From Nitrosopumilus sp. (GTDB taxonomy: Archaea > Thermoproteota > Nitrososphaeria > Nitrososphaerales > Nitrosopumilaceae), in contig OZ241857.1 of NCBI GenBank assembly GCA_965203315.1, positions 32,001 to 96,000 on the forward strand: a stretch of DNA of 64,000 bases, given 5' to 3'. A program made the translations under genes and the position numbers. The notes under the pieces were generated by a model. That model was not told the DNA's origin. It saw nothing but the letters and a program-made list of their open reading frames with translations, and searched no databases. The first letter of the stretch is position 1. The number at the start of each line of letters is the position of its first letter. Positions 51,155 through 61,689 of the stretch are shown in pieces.

Positions 51155-51588
51155 GTGGAAACGATATCTATCACGAGATGATCATCGACTATTCTAGAAA
51201 TCCGATAAATTTTGGCGAGCTAGATGATCCAGACGTTACATTCCATGATGCCAATCCGCTCTGTGGTGATAGTATCGATATAGATATCAACTTTGAGAAA
51301 GACGCCATATCTGATATCAAGTTTCATGGACACGGATGTGCAATATGCATGGCGTGTTCGTCTGTACTGACAGAGATCGCTAAAGGAAAGAGTATAGACC
51401 AAGTTCGCAAGATAGCAAAGAACGACATACTCGGCGAGTTGGGTCTAGAGCACCTGCAAGCTGTTCGTATAAAATGTGCTCTGTTGTCTCTCAAAGTTCT
51501 CAAGTCTGCTCTATACACGTATCTATCTAGACACATCGAGTCCGGTGATATCAGTTCATTAAAAGAAGAGGCAGCAAATCTGTATTGA
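51151..51588 (+). CDS. sufU: SufU/IscU-type scaffold or sulfur-transfer protein
   Basis: NPLCGD, G.GCAIC, RIKCALL. Confidence 0.9.
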   Translation: MSGNDIYHEMIIDYSRNPINFGELDDPDVTFHDANPLCGDSIDIDINFEKDAISDIKFHGHGCAICMACSSVLTEIAKGKSIDQVRKIAKNDILGELGLEHLQAVRIKCALLSLKVLKSALYTYLSRHIESGDISSLKEEAANLY

Positions 51589-51589
51589 T

Positions 51590-51931
51590 ATGGAACAGTT
51601 TGTGCCCGTTACCCCAATTCAATTACAGATCCGTCAAATAATCTACGAAGAGTTTAATGTACCTGACGCCAAATTTACAAACGATCAAATATTTGAGATC
51701 CTGTCTAAAAATGGAGATATCGATCCTACGTGGATAATAGATGATCTTGAACCATTCTTTCTTGATATCTGTAAATCTGGTCTTGCACGAAACATTGCAC
51801 AAAACTTTACTACGATCTGGCTCAAACTATTTGATACCGTTCAAGAGATACACTGTAGTACATGCAACTGTACCACCTATATGAGTTCGTCAGAAGATCA
51901 AAACTGCCCCAACTGTAGCACGTCACTTTGA
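51590..51931 (+). CDS. Hypothetical protein with C-terminal Zn ribbon
   Basis: CSTC...CPNC. Confidence 0.75.
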   Translation: MEQFVPVTPIQLQIRQIIYEEFNVPDAKFTNDQIFEILSKNGDIDPTWIIDDLEPFFLDICKSGLARNIAQNFTTIWLKLFDTVQEIHCSTCNCTTYMSSSEDQNCPNCSTSL

Positions 51932-53125
51932 TCTGTATTTTGTGGCAGCTGTCTCTAGTGCCTTGATCATCGGGAGTCTTTTGCCTGTTAGATACAAAAC
52001 CAATGCTCCTCCTGCTGTGCTGATGTGGTTTATCTTGTCTGCCAAGCCGAGCTGTTTTAGTGCACTAGTTAGATGACCTCCACTAACAATCGTGGTCGCC
52101 ATCGAGCTTGCGACAGCATTTAGTAATCTATTTGTACCAAACGCAAAGTTTGGATTCTCAAAGAAACCTGCTGGTCCACTGATAAAGACAGTACCTGCAC
52201 CTGCGATCAGTTTGGAGTAATAATCTATAGTCTTTGGTCCTAGATCATATATTTTGTCTCCTCGATTTATCTCTCTTACGTCCATCTCTACTCGTTCGCC
52301 ATCTTTGTCGATAGCAATATCGACTGGCGTTGCAAATACATCCGGATACTCTCCGATCAAGTTGTGTGCCTTTGCTACTACTTCGTCTTCGCGTTTTATG
52401 CCTAGTGGTGATTTTATTCTAGCTTGGGCTCTCAAGAATACATTCCCGATCAACCCTGTAAGTAAGATGTGGTCTGCACGACCATTCTCTATCAACAGTC
52501 TGATCGATTCTAGCCTATCGGTAACCTTTGATCCTCCAAGTACTATTACATGTGGCGCCTTTGCGACAGTCATTATTCGATCTAGGTTCTTTACCTCTCT
52601 CTCCACTATCTTTCCAGCACATGCAGGCAACAACTGAGGAAATCCCACGATCGATGGATGAGATCGATGAGCGCTAGGAAAAGAGTCCAAGACACATAGA
52701 TCAAAGAGCTTTGCCAATCGGGATACCATTATGGTCTTTGCTGCGTTCTCTGGTCTAAACTCGTAATTCTCTTCTGCACATAGCCGTAGATTATCCAATA
52801 GCAAAATATCTCCATCATTTAGACTCTTGATGGCATGTTGAGCAGCCTCTCCTATTACGTCTTGTACATACTTTATCTCTCTGTTCATCAGATCTTGGAG
52901 CACCTTTGCATGCTCGTTCATTCCTGTATAGTCGTTGTTTCCAACTCTGCCTTGATGAGATCCAACTACAACCTTTGCGTCACCAAGCTTCTTGAGTGTC
53001 GTTGTGGCCTCTTCGATCCGTTTTTTGCCTGATATCTTCATCGTCTTTGAATCTATGGGGCAATTCATATCGACCCGGACAAAGATGGTCTTGCCTTTTA
53101 GATCAAAGTCATCCAAGGTTAACAT
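51923..53125 (-). CDS. pgk: Phosphoglycerate kinase
   Basis: VRVDMNCP, SHQGR, LDNLR, AHRSHPS, LGGSKV, GPAG, STAGGA; start reassigned to ~53125. Confidence 0.95.
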   Translation of the reverse strand: MLTLDDFDLKGKTIFVRVDMNCPIDSKTMKISGKKRIEEATTTLKKLGDAKVVVGSHQGRVGNNDYTGMNEHAKVLQDLMNREIKYVQDVIGEAAQHAIKSLNDGDILLLDNLRLCAEENYEFRPENAAKTIMVSRLAKLFDLCVLDSFPSAHRSHPSIVGFPQLLPACAGKIVEREVKNLDRIMTVAKAPHVIVLGGSKVTDRLESIRLLIENGRADHILLTGLIGNVFLRAQARIKSPLGIKREDEVVAKAHNLIGEYPDVFATPVDIAIDKDGERVEMDVREINRGDKIYDLGPKTIDYYSKLIAGAGTVFISGPAGFFENPNFAFGTNRLLNAVASSMATTIVSGGHLTSALKQLGLADKINHISTAGGALVLYLTGKRLPMIKALETAATKYRSK

Positions 53126-53497
53126 CTTCACAAGTATTGTCTCATACACTCGGTTAAATTCTTTCAGCAGTTCTGTATGGTTGCCATACACGATCACCTG
53201 ACTGATCACCATACGCTTGGTCAAGATTATTGTTTTCCCTATGTTGGACTGAGGTTTGTATATTTTAAAACTGCCAGATGATTGGTGGACTGGCCTGCAA
53301 TGACTGCAATACAGATAAAACACCATTTGGCAAAACTAGATCTACACATTTCACTTCATAAACGTTGAAAATTTACAATATTCGTTATGTGCTATGCAAC
53401 TTACAATTTGAGTTATGCCTCGTTTTATTGTCTACGTGTTAAAGAGCTTTGTACATATTGGAAAAGACTACAAATTAATGATACTTGATGGGAGTCA

Positions 53498-54169
53498 ATG
53501 TACTTGCAACAGTGGTTATTTGACATACGATCTCGCTCCTTTGTCTTACTGGGTATGTTGTTCCTTGTAATTACCGCACTGGTGTACTTTGAGATAACAG
53601 AAGAGATTGATCAAAGTATAGTGTCATACTTTGCAGATCTCGACAACCCGGTTCTTGATGGAGTGATGCAGAGCATCACAGAGTCTGGAAACATTTTTTA
53701 CATGCTCTTATTTGCAATCGCACTACTACTAGTTCCAAAGAGTAGACGCATTGGCATCACGCTTATGATACTGATCGTATTTGCTACATTACTAACTGGA
53801 TATGTAAAGTGTGGTATAGATCGTGATAGACCTGATCATGATTATGACGGAATCTCATTTCCTGTCAGTATTGGCCGTGATACATTTGCTCTCTTTTGTG
53901 ATGGTGGTTTCTTTGCATCGTTTCCATCAGGACATGCAGCTAGATCGATGATCTTTGGTATCATTTTGGGCTATGCCTTGTCGGAACGGTTTCCTAGGGG
54001 TGCATATCTACTATTGATATACCCTGTATTGATATCATTTAGCCGTGTATATGTTCTGGAACATTATCCGATGGATGTGATTGGCGGAGGAGTGATTGGT
54101 GTCATGTTGGCGGGAGTCTTGGCCAAGAAGACTAGACTTTATAAAATATTTGATAGATCAAATGTTTAA
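53498..54169 (+). CDS. PAP2 family membrane phosphatase
   Basis: K.GIDRDRP, SFPSGH, SRVYVLEHYPMDV. Confidence 0.92.
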   Translation: MYLQQWLFDIRSRSFVLLGMLFLVITALVYFEITEEIDQSIVSYFADLDNPVLDGVMQSITESGNIFYMLLFAIALLLVPKSRRIGITLMILIVFATLLTGYVKCGIDRDRPDHDYDGISFPVSIGRDTFALFCDGGFFASFPSGHAARSMIFGIILGYALSERFPRGAYLLLIYPVLISFSRVYVLEHYPMDVIGGGVIGVMLAGVLAKKTRLYKIFDRSNV

Positions 54170-54472
54170 CGACTCTAGTACATTTCTATCAATTAAGACT
54201 ATTCCGTAATGTTCTTTGTCATGATGATATGTCCAATATCTAACATCACGAATCTCATTCTTTTGGCGTAAACCATGTGTTATGCCAGTAGTTACAGTGT
54301 AACCTATCTGTTTTGCGAGGAGTTGTTGTTTTGGCATCAAGACTCTAAACCCATCTTTACGATCTTTAAATCCTAATGATACCATCTCATCTACTGCTGA
54401 TGTGGCCTCTGAGACACTGCTAATATCGAAAGTCTTTGACACTGGAATCTTTTTTGGGTCAATGTCCATCAA
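54158..54472 (-). CDS. Hypothetical protein
   Basis: 104-aa ORF. Confidence 0.7.
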   Translation of the reverse strand: MMDIDPKKIPVSKTFDISSVSEATSAVDEMVSLGFKDRKDGFRVLMPKQQLLAKQIGYTVTTGITHGLRQKNEIRDVRYWTYHHDKEHYGIVLIDRNVLESLNI

Positions 54473-55182
54473 TATTTTATGATCTGGCTTGACATATATC
54501 TTTGCTCTACTAGCGATGTAATTTCTACAAAATTAAACATGGTAGTGATGCAAGTTTAAAATTTCACCGTATCTGCGATATTGGTGACATGATGACCGCA
54601 ATTATGATCCATGACTCGGCTCAATACCCGTTATGGAGCGTAATCACTAACCTATGAGATTTTCAAATTTGCGACTAGTTTTTTAAAACTCGTGCATGAT
54701 GTCTTGACATTACTCTACAATGTTTTCAAGATTTTTATAAAAATATCCTAGTGATTTATTGTTTTTTATGCCTTGCTGTATGTCATATGTTTCTAAATGT
54801 TCTTTTATCTGTACTCGATGATAAGCTTTACCTCCTAGCAACTCATAAAATATCCGTTTAGTAATGTTCTCCGTATTGCATTTGTCGTATTCAATGTTGG
54901 AACCTGCTACAATCCAACTTTCGATGCATCTGTCTACTACTATTACATGTTTTTCATCAATGCTGAATTTAGTAGCATTATGTTGTTTAACATCCATAAT
55001 TTTATCGGATTTATCTCTATCTACAAGTACTATAAATTTTTCATTATGTTGAAGGTTTCTTTTGATCACATTGCGAGTTGTTTCTGTACTTTCCCGTGCA
55101 TATTGGAAAAACTTTGTAGTGTATTTGTCGAAACATTTTTCTAGAATTAACTTGATTACTAACTTGTCACATTTACCTTCTA

Positions 55183-56556
55183 TAGTCGAGGACAAAAATA
55201 AGTTCACACTAGTATTTGACCATAGTCACCAAATACAGTGAGCAGTTGTACAACTCTAAATAGTAAAAGAAAATTAATCTCTAGATCGATTTTGGTTGAT
55301 GTTTATACTTTATTGACTAGTGTGTTTACGTAGATGTATGGTTAGAGAACATGATGAACTCCTTCGGGCTTGCAAGTATAAGGAATACATAAACATTACA
55401 AGTAGAGCCATAGGTGTAAAAATGGTTCTAGTTGATAAATGTACAGTAGTACATGCAGCAAAATCCATCGAAATGTCAAGAGAAATGTTGAGTAAATGGA
55501 TCAAACGATATGAACAAGACGGCATTGCAGGTCTGGAGGATAGACCTGGTCGTGGTAGGCCACGACTAGTGTCTAATAAAATGGTGTCATACTTGGCAAG
55601 TTTAGAAAAATACAAAGACGTGCGTTTTGTGCAGCAAAAGATCATCAACAGGACAGGAGTAAAGTATCACCCTAAAACAATACAACGTAGATTAGTTGAG
55701 ACAGGACATACCGTGAAACGCTACATCTATCAAGTTCAGGCCAATCGAGAGAGTGACGAAGGAATTAAAAAGTATCAAGAAGATAATTTGCCTTGGATTA
55801 TACGTGCGGACAAGAGAGGCCATCTGGTAATGGTAGAAGACGAAATGCATATGGGTACTCATTCAAGAAGGCGGGGACCGGTTTGGTCACTAAAAGGCAT
55901 AAAGACATACATGAAAGCACCATCAAAGGGTGAAAAAATATCGATATTTGCAGCAGTTGGAATCAGGGGACAAAAACACATCGATACTTTTTCAAAAGCA
56001 AATACCGATGCCTTTATAAAATTTTTAAAAGGTCTGGTCAAAAAGTATGGCAAAAGATACAAGAGAATAATCATAATAATGGATAATGCATCTTATCATA
56101 AAAGTAAAAAACTTTTAGAATATATTGAAACGACAAACATTATACCTGTATATCTACCAACGTCAGTACCTGAGCTTAACGCCATAGAGGAACTTTGGCA
56201 TCAGTTCAAGAGTAAAATGCCAGCTGATCTATATTTTGAGGTGGTAGAAGACATGATAAAATACGTGGAAGAGAATCTAAAAAACAAACCGATCAAACTA
56301 GACGTACTAAAATTTCTCAAAAGAGAGATCACCACTCCAATTTAGTCTCAAACTTTACGAGTTGTGTACTAGGATATGGCGTTCAAGCACGAAAGTCGTT
56401 ACATTCACTAATTAATTGCAGAGACATAATACAAGTTGTCATATTGTGTTATTAAAAATAACACATCTTTAAATTAAAAGTGCTCTACTATACATCTTAG
56501 TTAACAAATATGTTAGAAACAAAATATGAGTGTGAACTTATTTTTGTCCTCGACTA
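55183..56556 (+). mobile_element. IS630-family insertion sequence
   Basis: 28-bp perfect TIR TAGTCGAGGACAAAAATAAGTTCACACT with TA duplication at 55181-55182 and 56557-56558. Confidence 0.95.
55320..56345 (+). CDS. IS630 transposase
   Basis: HTH KWIKRYEQDG..GL..RPGRGRP, EDE, IIMDNASYH, LP..PELNAIEELW; start may be 55338. Confidence 0.93.
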   Translation: MCLRRCMVREHDELLRACKYKEYINITSRAIGVKMVLVDKCTVVHAAKSIEMSREMLSKWIKRYEQDGIAGLEDRPGRGRPRLVSNKMVSYLASLEKYKDVRFVQQKIINRTGVKYHPKTIQRRLVETGHTVKRYIYQVQANRESDEGIKKYQEDNLPWIIRADKRGHLVMVEDEMHMGTHSRRRGPVWSLKGIKTYMKAPSKGEKISIFAAVGIRGQKHIDTFSKANTDAFIKFLKGLVKKYGKRYKRIIIIMDNASYHKSKKLLEYIETTNIIPVYLPTSVPELNAIEELWHQFKSKMPADLYFEVVEDMIKYVEENLKNKPIKLDVLKFLKREITTPI

Positions 56557-56585
56557 TACATATACGTATAAATTACTCTTTATCA

Positions 56586-57824
56586 TTATAACCAATTCTG
56601 ACGCATTAATGTTGATATTGGCATTGCATCTTTAAATTTTTTGACAACCTCACTATCTTCAAATTTAGTAAAGATAGAATTACCTTGTTCATCTCTACAC
56701 AAAGTCAGAATTCTTTCTGGCGGAACATATTCGAGTATATTTGTATCGTGTGTGGTGATTATAATCTGATTGATTTCTGACGCATCATCAAATAGATCCA
56801 TTAAACCATTTAAAAGACCAGGATGGATATTTCTTTCCGGTTCTTCAACAACTGTACATTTACTATTCTGAAAAAATATACAGATTAATAATGCAATAAT
56901 ATTTGCAGTCCCGTCAGAAATAAATATGGCTGGTATACTTTTTGTATTATATGTTTCATTTAGATTAAATTCCATAAACCCTTGATGATATTCTGTAGAA
57001 ACTGTTTTCAAAAATGGTAGCAAATCTTGCAAATAACTTAGTAACATTTTAGTTTTTTTTCCATCTTTTTTGATTTGATTCAAAACGTATGCTAAATTGG
57101 ATCCATCTGAATTTAGTGTAGAGTATTGGCTTACCAAGCTTGGTGATTTTAACAATCTTGGTTCAAAATTGTATGTATGGATATGTGTTATAAAATCATG
57201 CCATTCTGGAACTATTATTTCAAATAAACGAGTTTCTAATATTAACTCGTTTTTATTCATTGGAAAATATCTCAATATGTTGTGACTATTATTTGTAGGT
57301 GTTGTTGCATCGTGTAGTTCATCATGAAAAATAACACTTTCGTTAATTTTTGAAAACGTTAAATTATGGGTAATTATTTTTTGTTCATTTTTGGAATCTG
57401 CTTTAATAGTTAACTGATCGCCAGTAATCTCATACGGTGATTTTTGTTCAAAATTAATTGAGAATTTGTAGATAATTTTTTTTGTTGTTGACTCAAGATG
57501 TTGATCAGTGCTTAGATCAAACTCATTTAATTTTTGGTTAATGGATATAGGCTTATCTGATTCGAAATGAATTTCAAATAATAATGATCTGTCTTTTGAG
57601 TTTAGATTAAGTATAAAGTCACTACCTCCTTGTCGCGCCACTGCATCTTCTAATCCTTGGTCTGCAATATCTTTGATAAATGAAAATATACTTTTTAAGT
57701 TAGACTTGCCAGATGCATTTTGTCCTACGATCACATTAAATCTACCAAGTTCAATGTCTATATTTTCAAAACTTTTAAAGTTGCAAACTTTTATTCTGTT
57801 AATATAAAAATTAGGTACAGTCAT
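56586..57824 (-). CDS. ABC/AAA_21-type ATPase (defence-system type)
   Basis: NFKSF, GQNASGKSN Walker A, ISDGT signature, VVEEPERNIHP Walker B, IITTHD; no TM segments. Confidence 0.92.
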   Translation of the reverse strand: MTVPNFYINRIKVCNFKSFENIDIELGRFNVIVGQNASGKSNLKSIFSFIKDIADQGLEDAVARQGGSDFILNLNSKDRSLLFEIHFESDKPISINQKLNEFDLSTDQHLESTTKKIIYKFSINFEQKSPYEITGDQLTIKADSKNEQKIITHNLTFSKINESVIFHDELHDATTPTNNSHNILRYFPMNKNELILETRLFEIIVPEWHDFITHIHTYNFEPRLLKSPSLVSQYSTLNSDGSNLAYVLNQIKKDGKKTKMLLSYLQDLLPFLKTVSTEYHQGFMEFNLNETYNTKSIPAIFISDGTANIIALLICIFFQNSKCTVVEEPERNIHPGLLNGLMDLFDDASEINQIIITTHDTNILEYVPPERILTLCRDEQGNSIFTKFEDSEVVKKFKDAMPISTLMRQNWL

Positions 57825-58226
57825 ACGTTGCTGTGTGGTTTTTATATTTATAAATATTTGCCTTTACGATCAGTCCGGTCATCTCTAAAGTATTTATAAA
57901 AGTTTTAGAGATCTTACAACGGTGGTGCATAGTTTACACTAGGGACATGTTCCTGTCAATCAACGGATTTCGAACAATTATCCATTCGGGTTCATAACGT
58001 CTTCCTACCACTCTTCATCGTTTTATTATGATCTATGCAATTAAGTTCTGGGGTCGATTCCCTCCCCCAACCAATGACTGACACTTTAACGATTCTGACG
58101 ATAATGCGTGTCGAATTCTGAATAACTTTGTAGCTACATTCTTCTTCCATTTTTTTGCAAGCTTTGTGTAAAATTTTGTAATAGGACTCGAGTATGAACC
58201 ACATGTGTTCGTATGGCATCAACTAG

Positions 58227-58343
58227 GGTTCTTTTTGGTTTATGTGAAATAAATAGTTACAGAAAAAACACTACAAGAGTCTATATGGGAAAATCGTGGA
58301 AAGCACCTTGTAAATCACCATCCCATGTAAACCGAAAAGATCC
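58227..58343 (+). mobile_element. MITE family B copy 3
   Basis: GGTTCTTTTTGGTTTATGTG ... CCCATGTAAACCGAAAAGATCC. Confidence 0.65.
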
Positions 58344-58384
58344 AGCATATGAACTTTTTATAGATCTCATAAAGCAACTGATTC

Positions 58385-59122
58385 ATGGCGATAAGATATG
58401 AAGCTAATCCTCCAAAGATCTTACTAGATAGCAACTTGGATGATTCCATTGGGCGATTTGTTGAAAAGATCAAACTCATATCGTCACGATGTGACGCAAT
58501 TCACCTAACAGAAAATGTCCTAGGTGCTGAACGCGTCTCACCGATACATGTTGGGGGTATTATCAAAAAACAACTCCCAGATCTACCCATTACTGTGAGT
58601 CTCAGAGTACGAGATAAGAGCAAGGACGACATAATCAATTTTGTACAAGATTGTATTGCAACAGAATTTGATGGCATTTTGGTCTTGATGGGCGATCCCT
58701 CTAGGACTAAGTGCGATTCTGGATTGATTCCAAGTAATATGGTAAGAATGTTAAACGATATGGAGTATGGTTCCAAGATAGATCTATATCTTTCTGTATC
58801 AAATACGCCTAACTTTGCAAAACTTACTAAAAAACTTGCTGCAAGACCTAAAGGCTTTGTCACTCAAGTGATCCAAAACATAGATCAAGTTCGTACAATT
58901 AGTGGCCACTTGAAAAGTTTCTCTATAACTCCAATTGTACTATATCCATCTAAAAAAAATACCAGATCTGCAGAGTTTCTAAATATTGATATGGGACAGT
59001 ACAAAGACTCATTTTCAAATTTTGTCTCTGAGATACATGATATCACCGGCGATGTTTTGATTACATCGCCAAACGATTTTGATGGATTGATTAAATTTTT
59101 AGAAAGCTATTATCGATATTAG
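58385..59122 (+). CDS. Methylenetetrahydrofolate reductase-like (MetF family) protein
   Basis: YEANPPK, DAIHLTEN, RVRDK, LVLMGDP, FVTQ. Confidence 0.8.
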   Translation: MAIRYEANPPKILLDSNLDDSIGRFVEKIKLISSRCDAIHLTENVLGAERVSPIHVGGIIKKQLPDLPITVSLRVRDKSKDDIINFVQDCIATEFDGILVLMGDPSRTKCDSGLIPSNMVRMLNDMEYGSKIDLYLSVSNTPNFAKLTKKLAARPKGFVTQVIQNIDQVRTISGHLKSFSITPIVLYPSKKNTRSAEFLNIDMGQYKDSFSNFVSEIHDITGDVLITSPNDFDGLIKFLESYYRY

Positions 59123-59571
59123 GATGTTTTCAATTTACCTCTGATCATCTTTTACAATATTTTTCCTAAAGTCTAAATCTCGCAGTACTTTTTTTCTCTG
59201 AGAAAATATATCTCATGTAACTCAAAAAAGATACCTCATATGGATGGCTTTAACAAAACGAAAAGTAAAATATGTGGACATGTATGACAAAGAATTGTGC
59301 ATGGTTTTGTTATGGCTCTTACCTTGTTTACAGTATGTTAAGAATCTCCGTTGACTATTGGACCTTTAAAGATGCTTTGAACGTTTAGACATGATCTATG
59401 TGTGGGTGAATTTAACCATGTTCATGCCTGTGTGTGGCGAATGGTTAACTTGATACTAAACACATCTACATGAAAACATACGATAGTTATTTTGGCACTC
59501 AAATGATGATCGACAACAACTTGCTGTGTGCCTTTTAATACATAAATAGAAAATTACCACATCTATGATCG

Positions 59572-60243
59572 TTGATAATCGATCTCAACATTCAGAACAA
59601 GCGGATAGTGATAGTCGGTGGGGGTGACGAAGCCGTAAAACGTACGATGTCTCTACAAGGTCAAGGAGCTGAGATAATAGTGATATCTGAGACACTAAAT
59701 CACCCATTGACAGAGATGTCTACATCTGGACATATAACCATACAGAGACAACATGTAGTTGATCCTCAGCACGTATTGGATCTAGAACCTGATGTGGTGA
59801 TTACTACTACTAATGATCACGATCTAAATCAAAAGATTGTTAGGTGCGCAAAAGAGCACAAGATATTAGCATACAGTTCTGACGATCCTCTGTTGAGTGA
59901 CTTTACAAACCCATCTCAGATCAATATTGGTGATATCATCAAGGTTGCGATATCTACCGGTGGCCAAAGCCCAGTCATATCGAAGAGACTTCGAGTTAGG
60001 ATTGAACCAGTATTAAAGAGCCTGATCACAGATGTGGATATACATCAGATACATCTACAAGCAAAGGCAAGATCTCTTGCCAAGGCGAGATTAGATAGTT
60101 TTGAAAGCAGGAGATCATATCTTAACAACTTAGCAAGCGATCCGGAGATTGAACAGTTAATAAAAGACGGTCATGTGGACAGAGCTGAAAGAAAGGCGAT
60201 CAAGATGTTGGAGAACCGGAGCGATGGTCCAAGAGATTATTAA
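59572..60243 (+). CDS. sirC: Precorrin-2 dehydrogenase/ferrochelatase (SirC/CysG N-terminal)
   Basis: VIVGGGDEA, DDP..SDF..P, AISTGGQSP. Confidence 0.9.
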   Translation: MIIDLNIQNKRIVIVGGGDEAVKRTMSLQGQGAEIIVISETLNHPLTEMSTSGHITIQRQHVVDPQHVLDLEPDVVITTTNDHDLNQKIVRCAKEHKILAYSSDDPLLSDFTNPSQINIGDIIKVAISTGGQSPVISKRLRVRIEPVLKSLITDVDIHQIHLQAKARSLAKARLDSFESRRSYLNNLASDPEIEQLIKDGHVDRAERKAIKMLENRSDGPRDY

Positions 60244-61480
60244 CGCGCGAATTACATTTCGAAATTCACCGATTCATGTGTTGGAACAGTTTACGATACG
60301 AGATTTGAATGCTGCGTATTCAAAATTTAAGAATTCGGGCTTGGAAGAATGTGTGATCATCCAAACATGTAACCGTATCGAACTCTTTGCAAAGTCGGAC
60401 ATGCTAGATATACCAAAACTCAAAGATACTTGGGCGACAGTAACCGGACTAAAGCATGAATCGTTTGATGATAATCTTGAGGTGGTACAAGGTCAAGATG
60501 CATTATCACATCTGTTGAAACTTACCGTTGGTCTGGACTCTATGGTTGTTGGCGAGGAGCAAATTTTAGGTCAGATAAAAAACTCGATAGCATCTGCGAG
60601 AGAGGTTAAGGCATCTGGTATACATTTGAACACATTATTTGATAAAGCGATAAGAATTGGGACTAGGATTAGAAACAGTACCGGCATTGGCAAGGGTGGC
60701 ACTTCGGTTGGTTCGATGGCAGTAAAACTCGCAGAAGAGAATCTCGATGATATGAAGACAAAGAAGATTCTACTGATCGGTACAGGTGAGATATCTACAT
60801 TGGTCGCCAAGTCCTTACGGAGACGCGGTTACAAATTTGACGTTACTAGTAGGACACTAACTCGTTCTCAAACTTTTTGTGATGCTCTGGGTGGAACACC
60901 GATAAAATTTGAAGATGTTTTGGAAGGATTTGCTATCTATGATGTTCTGTTTGTAGCAACTACTGCTCCGTACTTTTTAGTAACATTTGATCGAATTACT
61001 AAAGCAGTAAAGAGAGATAGAGGAATGATGATATTGGATCTCTCAAATCCTAGAACCGTTGATGAACGTGTTGCAACTATTGGGGGCGTCAAACTGATGA
61101 ATCTAGATCAGATTGCAGAGATGGTTGAAAAGAATACCGCCTTTAGAAACAACCAAGCAAGAGCAATAGAGAGTACAATTAAAGAAGAAGTAACAGTATT
61201 AGAGTCTTCGATGCGTCGACTAACTGCTGAACCACTAGTTGGCAATATATTCAAGAGTATAGATGATCTACGTGAGCGCGAACTCGAGAAGGCACTACAT
61301 ATGTTAAACGAGACAGACGAAAACCGAATCAAGATCATTGAAGAGTTGACTAGATCAATAGTTGAGAGCATCATGTCTACTCCCATGAACAATGTTAGGC
61401 GAGCATATGAACATGGCAGAGAAGATATTGTAGATGTGGCAAACGAGTTGTTTGAGTACAAGCAAAAAAGTGGGTCGTAA
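60224..61480 (+). CDS. hemA: Glutamyl-tRNA reductase
   Basis: QTCNRIE, GLDSMVVGEEQILGQ, IGTGEI, DLSNPR. Confidence 0.96.
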   Translation: MVQEIINARITFRNSPIHVLEQFTIRDLNAAYSKFKNSGLEECVIIQTCNRIELFAKSDMLDIPKLKDTWATVTGLKHESFDDNLEVVQGQDALSHLLKLTVGLDSMVVGEEQILGQIKNSIASAREVKASGIHLNTLFDKAIRIGTRIRNSTGIGKGGTSVGSMAVKLAEENLDDMKTKKILLIGTGEISTLVAKSLRRRGYKFDVTSRTLTRSQTFCDALGGTPIKFEDVLEGFAIYDVLFVATTAPYFLVTFDRITKAVKRDRGMMILDLSNPRTVDERVATIGGVKLMNLDQIAEMVEKNTAFRNNQARAIESTIKEEVTVLESSMRRLTAEPLVGNIFKSIDDLRERELEKALHMLNETDENRIKIIEELTRSIVESIMSTPMNNVRRAYEHGREDIVDVANELFEYKQKSGS

Positions 61481-61689
61481 ACCCACTCTGTCTCATAACA
61501 TTAATGTTTGTACCTTCAAAATATCATTGATGTAATTTCGTCAATTATATTCTAGATTCTCTGATTGGTGCCATTACGCACTCTTGATTAAAATATTTGG
61601 ACTATATACTAGTACCACGTGTTATCTAGTTCTCGGCTTACAGTCCAAGTCTAACTAGGATTATATTTTAGACGACTATACACAATGTA

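Larger units (their letters stand above)
54710..56586 (-). pseudogene. TOPRIM-like (DUF4276/DUF4435/OLD-type) nuclease gene interrupted by IS630
   Basis: Removing the IS restores MIKSNLYVYVEGKCD...IVLVDRD...CIESW from an ATG overlapping the ATPase stop (TAATG at 56584-56588). Confidence 0.82.

Noticed and set aside
54710-55207. 165-aa ORF as an ordinary intact gene
   Set aside because: Its first 9 codons lie in the IS630 terminal repeat and target TA
57930-58222. 76-aa ORF or possible transposase relic
   Set aside because: No convincing catalytic motif or terminal repeats
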